Shown here one piece after another: positions 35,352 to 42,093 of a stretch of 42,093 bases of DNA. The notes under the pieces were generated by a model, which did not search any database, had not been told where the DNA came from, and saw nothing but the letters and a program-made list of their open reading frames with translations. This stretch comes from Spirochaetota bacterium. Lineage in GTDB: Bacteria; Spirochaetota; UBA4802; UBA5550. Within the stretch, counting starts at the first letter, position 1. Each line of letters begins with the position of its first letter. The stretch spans positions 1-42,093 of the forward strand of contig JBNKTL010000045.1 in the NCBI GenBank assembly GCA_050298055.1. The letters run 5' to 3'. The translations under genes were made by a program, and so were the position numbers.

Positions 35352-36110
35352 ATGTTTATTCTCTCAAAAATTCTTCCCTGTTTTATTCTTCCCCCCGGAA
35401 TTTTTATTGTTCTTCTGTTTATCATACTTTTTCTTTTCAAAAAGAAGAGGCAGGTCCCCGCGGGGAGATTAACGGTAACAGTCATTCTCCTTCTCTACTT
35501 TTTTTCCATTGAACCTCCCGGAGATCTGCTGATAAAATACCTGGAAAACCTTTATCCGCCCATTGACATGGAAAAGAACCGGGAAGCAGAGTTTATTGTT
35601 ATCCTCGGGGGCGGTGTAGTGGACAATTCTCCTGAAAGCGGGGGAAAAGGGAGCCTGGGGTCCGAATCACTCCAGCGTCTTTTACACGGCTATTACCTGT
35701 CAAAGAGGTATAAAATTCCGGTCATAACATCGGGGGGCAGGGTCCTTAAGGGCGATGATGCCGAAGCGGAATCTGATGTTGCCATGAGGGAACTGGTCAG
35801 GCTCGGTATCAGCAGGAAGAGAATTTACCGGGACAGTATAAGCAGGAACACCTTTGAGCAGGCGGTCAATATCAAAAAAAAGTTCTCCGCGGGGAGTGTC
35901 ATCCTTGTGACATCAGCCTATCATATGCCGAGGAGCGTTTACAGTTTCAGATCACATTCAGTCAAGGTTATACCGGCGCCCACAGGGTATATTGGGAACA
36001 GGTATGGCTACGATTTTTTCAGTTTTTTGCCCCGTGCCGACAACCTGCTGAAATTTTATAAGGCCTGCAAGGAGATGATCGGCTTTCTCTACTATGCGGT
36101 GCGGTATTAA
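35352..36110 (+). CDS. YdcF/ElyC (DUF218) family protein
   Basis: Two N-terminal TM segments, IVILGGG, TSGG, SRNTFEQA, LVTSAYHMPRS. Confidence 0.9.
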   Translation: MFILSKILPCFILPPGIFIVLLFIILFLFKKKRQVPAGRLTVTVILLLYFFSIEPPGDLLIKYLENLYPPIDMEKNREAEFIVILGGGVVDNSPESGGKGSLGSESLQRLLHGYYLSKRYKIPVITSGGRVLKGDDAEAESDVAMRELVRLGISRKRIYRDSISRNTFEQAVNIKKKFSAGSVILVTSAYHMPRSVYSFRSHSVKVIPAPTGYIGNRYGYDFFSFLPRADNLLKFYKACKEMIGFLYYAVRY

Positions 36111-36178
36111 AGTGATTGAGTTTTTTTGAGAAAAAAGCTTAAATGTCTTTCAATTAAAGAAGTTATCCGGGGGATAAA

Positions 36179-37153
36179 ATGTTTGTACTTGGACTTATGG
36201 GCAGTCCCAGGAAAAATGGGAACACAAATCACCTCCTTTCCCTCTTTATGGAGGAAGCGGGGAAACTCGGCGCGGAGACAGAGATCATTGATGTCACACG
36301 GAAAAATATCAAACCCTGCAGGGAATATATTGTCTGTGAAAAAAAGGGGGTCTGTCCCATTGAAGATGATATGGAGGCTGAAATTATCCCTCTCTTAAGA
36401 AAAGCCGATGTTATCGTAGCTGCCACACCTATCTTCTTTTACAGCTGTACCGCGCAGCTTAAACTGCTTATCGACAGGACCCAGTCCCTCTGGGCGAGGA
36501 AATATATGATGAAACTCACGGACCCCGCGAGACATTACCGGAGAGGGTTTCTTCTGGCCCTGGGGGCCACAAAGGGGAAAAATCTCTTTGAAGGGATGAT
36601 CAACACCGCAAAATATCTCTTTGATGCCGTTGGTGCGAAGTATGCGGGTGAACTGACATACAGGCGTATAGAGAAACCGGGTGATCTGAGTAAACATGCC
36701 ACTGTTCACGCTGATGTCCGGGAAGCTGCAGAAAAACTTCTTAAACCGTTCCTTTCCCGGAAAAAAGTCCTCTTCGTTTCAGAAAGCGATTCATCTCTCG
36801 GCCAGGTGGCATGCGCTTATACACAGCTTCTTGCCGGTGAAAAGATTGAGGCGGTCAGCTGCGGGAACAGGGTATCCGGTAAACTGGAAAAACCGGTCAT
36901 TGAAGCCATGGGAGAGAAGGGTATCGATATGGGGTACAGGGAACAGAACAGGTTTGATGAGATCATGGAAAAATTTTCTCCTGAAATTGTCGTATACCCG
37001 GGATCAAAGGGTAACTTTCCCGGTATTGAAAATGTCATAGAGATAGAATGGAATATACCCGAAAAGGATGAAATTTCTCTTGAGAGGATGAGAGAGTTGA
37101 GGGCTGATATTGAGGTCAGGGTGAAGGACCTTATAGATGAAGTTCTTTTATAA
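36179..37153 (+). CDS. Flavodoxin-like iron-sulfur flavoprotein/FMN reductase fused to a degenerate ArsC/LMW-PTP domain
   Basis: GSPRKNGNT, PCREYIVCEKKGVC, TPIFFY..TAQLKLLIDR; C-terminal KVLFVSESDSSLGQVA...EAMGEKGID...IEWNIP. Confidence 0.8.
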   Translation: MFVLGLMGSPRKNGNTNHLLSLFMEEAGKLGAETEIIDVTRKNIKPCREYIVCEKKGVCPIEDDMEAEIIPLLRKADVIVAATPIFFYSCTAQLKLLIDRTQSLWARKYMMKLTDPARHYRRGFLLALGATKGKNLFEGMINTAKYLFDAVGAKYAGELTYRRIEKPGDLSKHATVHADVREAAEKLLKPFLSRKKVLFVSESDSSLGQVACAYTQLLAGEKIEAVSCGNRVSGKLEKPVIEAMGEKGIDMGYREQNRFDEIMEKFSPEIVVYPGSKGNFPGIENVIEIEWNIPEKDEISLERMRELRADIEVRVKDLIDEVLL

Positions 37154-37181
37154 AGATTTTGATAAATTCCGGAGGCACAGT

Positions 37182-38129
37182 ATGTTTTCAGGAAAAAGAG
37201 TCAGAAGACGTGAGTTTATAAAAACAACTCTCTTTGCATTTGCCGGTATGTTTATGGGGCGGATGTTTTTCCCGGTAAAGAGGCTTTTTGCCGGAAGGAA
37301 ATTGAGCGGCGAAGACAGGTCAATATCCGTCATAAGAGGAAAGAAGATAGACCGGACGACAATAGAGCGGATGGTCAAAAGGGGATTTGAAAGCCTGGGC
37401 GGAATAAAAAGGTTTATCAAGCCGGGGATGAAGGTTGTCATTAAACCGAACATCGGGTGGAATTCAACTCCAGAACAGGCGCACAACACAAATCCCGATC
37501 TTGTTGAGACAGTGGCCAGGATCTGCGTTGAGGCGGGGGCCCGGGTAAAGATCTTCGACAGGTCGGTGCAGACACCACAGCTCTGCTACAGGAGAAGCGG
37601 TATCCTTGCAGCGGCAAAAAATGCAGGCGCTACAATCGAATACATGGATGAGAGGAAGTACCGGAAGGTTTCCGTGAAAAACGGGCTGGCCCAGAGTTCA
37701 CTGGAAGTGTACGGGGAGATCCTGGATGCGGACTTTGTTATCAACATGCCCATCGCAAAGGACCACTCCGCGTCAACCCTGACCCTTGCCATGAAGAACC
37801 TCATGGGGGTCCTGGGAGGGAGACGGGGATGGTTCCACCTCAGCCTTCATAAGTCTATTGTTGATTTTAACAAGGCGATCCCCCAGCATCTTGTGATCCT
37901 TGATGCCCTGAGGATCCTTACGGACCACGGGCCTTCTTCGGGGACCGGTGCCGACGTGAAGGAGATCAGAACGATTGTCATGGGAACAAACCCGGTCACC
38001 GTGGACGGTTACGCGGCGGGTTTCTTTAATATCAGTCCCAAAAGGATCGATTATCTCAGAATGGCCGCGGGAGAGGGCATGGGTGAGATCAACAGGAAAA
38101 GGATGAAGATAAATCACGTTCACGTATAA
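37182..38129 (+). CDS. DUF362 domain protein with a Tat signal
   Basis: RRREFIK twin-arginine leader, VVIKPNIGW, TNPDLV, KDH..TLAMKNLMG; GGAGG 6 nt before ATG 37182. Confidence 0.87.
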   Translation: MFSGKRVRRREFIKTTLFAFAGMFMGRMFFPVKRLFAGRKLSGEDRSISVIRGKKIDRTTIERMVKRGFESLGGIKRFIKPGMKVVIKPNIGWNSTPEQAHNTNPDLVETVARICVEAGARVKIFDRSVQTPQLCYRRSGILAAAKNAGATIEYMDERKYRKVSVKNGLAQSSLEVYGEILDADFVINMPIAKDHSASTLTLAMKNLMGVLGGRRGWFHLSLHKSIVDFNKAIPQHLVILDALRILTDHGPSSGTGADVKEIRTIVMGTNPVTVDGYAAGFFNISPKRIDYLRMAAGEGMGEINRKRMKINHVHV

Positions 38130-38155
38130 GAATACGTTATCGGGAGAGGAGGCAG

Positions 38156-39742
38156 GTGGTTAAGAATAAAAGATGGTCGGGAACCAGGGCGGCGGGACAG
38201 CTAATCTTCTGGCTTCTCTTCATAACAATTCTTATCAATACACGTGATCCCATAAGTGATCCGTTTATCTATAATCTCCTGCCCAAACTGTCAATACACC
38301 TGGGGATTACATCCTCCCTTGTGGCGGGAAAGCTGCTGGATTCCTTTTTCATCTCACTGGTTGTGGTTGCTCTGACCCTTTTCCTGGGAAGATTTTTCTG
38401 CGGCTGGGTCTGTCCCCTGGGGATAACTCTTGATGTAACGGACAGGGTCTTTAACAGGGGAAAAAACAACAGCCGGTCCCTGAGGGGGAAAAAGTGGAAT
38501 TTTAAACCGTACAAATATATTGTCCTGATCATATCCATTGTTGTGGCCCTGGCGGGTGTCCATGTGGCGGGGATTATCGACCCCCTCTCTCTTGTTTTCA
38601 GGACCTACGGCACGGTCATTTACCCTTATTTCGACAGCAGTATCAAACTCATCTTCACCCTGCTCTATAAGGTCCCCCTGGTGAATTCGGTAAGCGAACC
38701 GGTCTATGAGCTGTTGAAATCGCATCTTCTTGACTACAGGAACATCATGTTTTTGGGACACCTGAAGATCTTTTTCTTTTTTCTCCTGATAATAGCCCTT
38801 TCCTCTTTTGCCAGGAGGTTCTGGTGCCAGTCCCTCTGTCCCCTGGGGGCGTCCCTCTCCCTCTTCTCACGCTTTGCTCCTTTCCGGAGAGTGGTGGATA
38901 CGGATAAGTGTACCAATTGCCTCAGGTGTGAAAGAGCCTGCAGGATGAATGCCATTCATAACAGCGGTGAGAATACCTATGAGGGTGAGTGTATTAAATG
39001 CTTTGAGTGTCTTCCCTCGTGTGAGTATGATGCCATATCCTTCGGCTTTGAAAATCCCCTGGCCGGACCGGGGAAGGGAGAGGAAACAGTGAAAAAGGGC
39101 CGGGGAAAAGCAGAGGATGTTGATATATCCCGGCGCGGCCTGATTTACGGTCTCGTTTCTTCGGCTGTGGCGGTTCCGGTCTTAAAGAGGAAACCGGGGT
39201 ATGAAAAAGACCATACTTATCTCATAAGGCCTCCCGGGGCCCTTCCCGAGGAGGATTTTATTGACCACTGTATACGCTGCGGTGAATGCATGAAGGTCTG
39301 TCCCACAAACGCCCTTCATCCAACTATCTTTGAAGCGGGACTGGAGGCTGTTTTTACGCCCCGGCTTATTCCAAAGCTGGGATATTGTGAAAAGAACTGC
39401 ATACTCTGTTCGCAGATATGCCCCACTGATGCCATAAAAGAGTTGAAAATATCCGACAAAGAAACAACAATATTCGGGACGGCATATTTCAATAAAGACC
39501 TCTGCATACCCTGGTCGGAGCATATTAACTGTATTGTTTGCGAGGAGGTCTGCCCCACGCAGACAAAGGCAATCAGGTTCATGGACAAAACTGTTCTTAA
39601 CAAGGAGGGAAAGAGGGTCAGAGTCAAGCTTCCCTATGTTATCGAGAAACTCTGCATAGGGTGCGGGATATGCGAAAACAAATGCCCGGTACCCGGCAGC
39701 AGTGCCATTCGGGTAAGGACGCCGAAGCTCCCCCCGGTCTGA
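38156..39742 (+). CDS. Membrane-bound polyferredoxin (NapH/MauN-like plus NapG/MauM-like domains)
   Basis: GRFFCGWVCPLG, RFWCQSLCPLG, six CxxCxxCxxxC motifs, IRPPGA. Confidence 0.88.
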   Translation: MVKNKRWSGTRAAGQLIFWLLFITILINTRDPISDPFIYNLLPKLSIHLGITSSLVAGKLLDSFFISLVVVALTLFLGRFFCGWVCPLGITLDVTDRVFNRGKNNSRSLRGKKWNFKPYKYIVLIISIVVALAGVHVAGIIDPLSLVFRTYGTVIYPYFDSSIKLIFTLLYKVPLVNSVSEPVYELLKSHLLDYRNIMFLGHLKIFFFFLLIIALSSFARRFWCQSLCPLGASLSLFSRFAPFRRVVDTDKCTNCLRCERACRMNAIHNSGENTYEGECIKCFECLPSCEYDAISFGFENPLAGPGKGEETVKKGRGKAEDVDISRRGLIYGLVSSAVAVPVLKRKPGYEKDHTYLIRPPGALPEEDFIDHCIRCGECMKVCPTNALHPTIFEAGLEAVFTPRLIPKLGYCEKNCILCSQICPTDAIKELKISDKETTIFGTAYFNKDLCIPWSEHINCIVCEEVCPTQTKAIRFMDKTVLNKEGKRVRVKLPYVIEKLCIGCGICENKCPVPGSSAIRVRTPKLPPV

Positions 39743-39848
39743 TGCTCTGACCCCCTGAGGGGATAAGCTCAGAGGGGGGATAAGAGTGTTTGGGAAAAGA
39801 CCTTGCACTAAATGGTCAAAATTTGTTATTTTAAATTGATATTAATAT

Positions 39849-39929
39849 TGTCATTCCCGCGGAAGCGGGAATCTATTTTTTTAAAAAAAGTGGATCCCGG
39901 CTCTTCGTTGCACTTCGGCCGGGATGACA
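39849..39929. repeat. TGTCATTCCCGC...GGGATGACA palindromic repeat (dRS3/RPE-like GTC-tagged family)
   Basis: TGTCATTCCCGCGGAAGCGGGAATCT...TGGATCCCGGC...GCCGGGATGACA; terminal IR TGTCAT/ATGACA and an ATTCCC-N8-GGGAAT core. Confidence 0.85.
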
Positions 39930-39961
39930 GACTTGTAGCTGTTAAGATATATCCAAGTTAC

Positions 39962-40038
39962 AAAATATCAACAATATGTTCCTCTCCTGGGCGGCGGGGA
40001 ACATTCCGGTAATGTTCTAATGAAAATGATTGTTCATA
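39962..40038 (+). repeat. Dispersed ~80-bp structured repeat, copy B
   Basis: Same 18-bp and 21-bp blocks as 15428-15508; hairpin base ATGTTCC/GGAACAT. Confidence 0.85.
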
Positions 40039-40082
40039 CACATGGTCGGGAAGTTACTAAAAAAAATTAAGGAGCAAATATT

Positions 40083-40925
40083 ATGGTAGAAAGACAAAAT
40101 GTAGACCTTGATGAAATCATAAACAAGTTCAAAGGGGGGAAAACCCTGCCCACGCTTGTTATCATCGCACTGGTGCTTATCGGGCTTCTCTTCCTGAATC
40201 CCTTTGTGACCATCGATGCCGGTGAACGGGGGGTCGTCCTGAATTTCGGTGCCGTTCAACCTAAGGTCCTCGATGAAGGGCTCCATTTCCGGGTCCCGAT
40301 CATGCAGAATATCGTTGAGATGGACGTGAAGATCCAGAAGGCACAGACAGACTCCGCGGCATCCACCAAGGACCTCCAGGACACACAGTTCTCAATTGTG
40401 GTCAACTACCATATCATTCCCGAAAAGGCAAACTGGATTTACCAGAACATAGGGCTTGCCTATAAGCAGAGGATCATCGACCCGTCGGTGCAGGAGGTGG
40501 TGAAGGCTGTATCGGCAAGGTATACCGCCGAGGAGCTTATCACCCAGAGGGAGAAGGTGAGCCGGGAGATCAAGGAGCTGCTGAAAAACAGGGTGAAAGG
40601 ATACAATATTATCGTGGATGATTTTTCAATTGTGAATTTCAAGTTCTCCGACCAGTTTACCCAGGCCATCGAGGAGAAGCAGACCGCGGAGCAGAGGGCC
40701 CTCAAGGCAAAGCGGGACCTGGACAGGATCAAGACCGAGGCCATGCAGAAGGTCGAGCAGGCCCGGGCGGAAGCCACGGAGCTGAGGCTGAAAAGGGCAC
40801 AGGTGACCCCCCAGGTCATCAGGCTGCGCGAAATAGAAGTGAGGCTCAAGGCCATCCAGAAATGGAACGGGGTCCTGCCCCGGGTCACCTCGGGAGCGGT
40901 TCCCTTTCTTGATATAGATAAGTAG
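40083..40925 (+). CDS. Prohibitin/SPFH (Band 7) family protein
   Basis: TM anchor, AGERGVV, EGLHF, TKDLQ, AEELITQR, AIEEKQTAEQ; AAGGAG RBS. Confidence 0.93.
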   Translation: MVERQNVDLDEIINKFKGGKTLPTLVIIALVLIGLLFLNPFVTIDAGERGVVLNFGAVQPKVLDEGLHFRVPIMQNIVEMDVKIQKAQTDSAASTKDLQDTQFSIVVNYHIIPEKANWIYQNIGLAYKQRIIDPSVQEVVKAVSARYTAEELITQREKVSREIKELLKNRVKGYNIIVDDFSIVNFKFSDQFTQAIEEKQTAEQRALKAKRDLDRIKTEAMQKVEQARAEATELRLKRAQVTPQVIRLREIEVRLKAIQKWNGVLPRVTSGAVPFLDIDK

Positions 40926-41144
40926 GGAGAAGGTGTCAGTATGTAACGGTTAGATATATCTGACCAATTTGTATAGACCGGTCCCCTGTTTTATTCGTGC
41001 GGAGCCCGCGTGATTTTGCACCAATTAAATTTTGTAACTCCTGGTTCATTCCGTGGTTATGTTTTTGCAATGAGTTAAAATCACGCAGTCGAAGTACTAA
41101 AAAACAATTAATCCAGACACAGGAGCGGCCCCGAAAAGGCGCAT

Positions 41145-41993
41145 TTACTTTTTCCCCTTATCAAATGGATTGACTTTCTGGTTGAGATGCTGAGTAACAG
41201 CGGCCACCTTTTGAATATGTTCGTTCATGGTGTCCGCGCCGTGGGCGTTTTCCTGGGTCAGTTCGTTAATAACGGAAATTGATCTCACGATTTCATCGGC
41301 GGCAACCTTGTGCTCCGCGGTGGATGTCTTTATCTCTTCCGACCAGCCTTTTACCTGGGAGGTTTCTTCGATAATCAGCCTGTTTGTTTCAAACTGTTTT
41401 TCCATGAAGTTCTTCAGCATCCCCACCATTTCGTTTATGCTGTTGACCCCGTTAATGATCTGCTTGATGAGATCAATTGTGTTCCGGACATTATCCATGC
41501 CGTTTTCGATTTCACTGTTGCTGGTGTGTATCAGTGTATCGATTTCTTTGACGCTGGTGGTTGTCTGGTCTGCCAGCTTCGAGACTTCATCCGCAACCAC
41601 GGAAAAGCCCCTGCCGTAGTCCCCCGCACGTGCCGCCTCAATGGAGGCGTTGAGGGCAAGAAGGTTTATCCTGTCCGATATTTCATTGATGATATTAATG
41701 ATGTTGAGCATTTCCCGGGAACTCACGAGTATCTTTTCCATGGTCAGGCTCATATTGTTCAGGGAGATTTCCCCGTCGTTTGCCTTCTTTGATATTTCCA
41801 GCCCCTGTGCCATGGCGTTGTTCATTTTTGTGCGCATCTCGTCTATCATTCGGGACAAACCGGTGATTTTATCAGAGAGGGAGGTCATACTGGCGAGCTG
41901 TTCGGAAGCGCTCCCGGCAACGCCGTCTATTCCCGATGACATTTCTTCAATGGTGGAAGTGATCTCCTCCGCCGATGCCGCCTGGTTCTGGGA
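41145..41993 (-). pseudogene. Methyl-accepting chemotaxis protein, signalling domain only (5'-truncated)
   Basis: [43 protein letters not shown]; no TM or sensor region, and the sequence turns unrelated beyond ~41993. Confidence 0.8.
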
Positions 41994-42093
41994 GCCGGTA
42001 AAACTCAACTGGCTGGCCCGGAAATATCAACCCAAGGTGGTGATCAGCCCGCGCTCCGGCTGGGAAGGGGATTTCCAGTGCGACGAAGGCGGG
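41986..42093 (+). other. Internal fragment resembling an alpha-L-fucosidase (GH29) gene
   Basis: Frame reads [36 protein letters not shown], like the GH29 W..L...R..QP...I..R.G..GDF segment; only 36 codons visible. Confidence 0.5.

Noticed and set aside
21323..39753. KOPS/Chi-like replichore polarity switch at ~25 kb
   Set aside because: Copies at 38368 and 39743 return to the + orientation, none was seen in the first 21 kb, and no dif-like site was recognised; clustering follows the HUH gene instead.
39812..40012. 66-aa ORF upstream of the SPFH gene
   Set aside because: It is a read-through of the palindromic repeat (SFPRKRES) and repeat copy B.
1..42093. tRNA or rRNA genes
   Set aside because: No cloverleaf with a T-loop GTTCRA context or rRNA-like segment was seen in the intergenic regions.

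Overview
Bacterial chromosomal window from a probably anaerobic organism. Spirochaete-type lipoboxes and the MCP repeat motif suggest an uncultured Spirochaetota lineage (inference). The backbone is housekeeping and metabolic: stand-alone IMP cyclohydrolase, acs, OFA-type MFS transporter, GTP-PEPCK, recX, nfi, rplM-rpsI, mannose-1-P guanylyltransferase, purE-guaA, purM, cold-shock protein, DUF368, phosphohexomutase, a DUF362/polyferredoxin pair and an SPFH protein. The accessory layer has six main parts. (1) A RAYT/IS200-like HUH nuclease gene sits in a field of a non-palindromic 11-mer, TGCTCTGACCC: 12 exact copies found by eye, 10 of them within 21.3-26.6 kb, orientation flipping near 25 kb, and 5 copies lying inside genes. 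This is the best candidate for an undescribed system. (2) A complete class C group II intron lies behind a terminator, and a decayed intron 5' end lies behind another terminator. (3) There are attC-like hairpins but no integrase in the window. (4) A 1488-aa mosaic lipoprotein with a possible HF/T autoproteolysis motif is followed by a broken Imm11-like gene. (5) Several unrelated dispersed palindromic repeats are present. (6) The right edge is an MCP/GH29-like chimeric junction. All family calls come from motif recognition by eye; no database searches were run.
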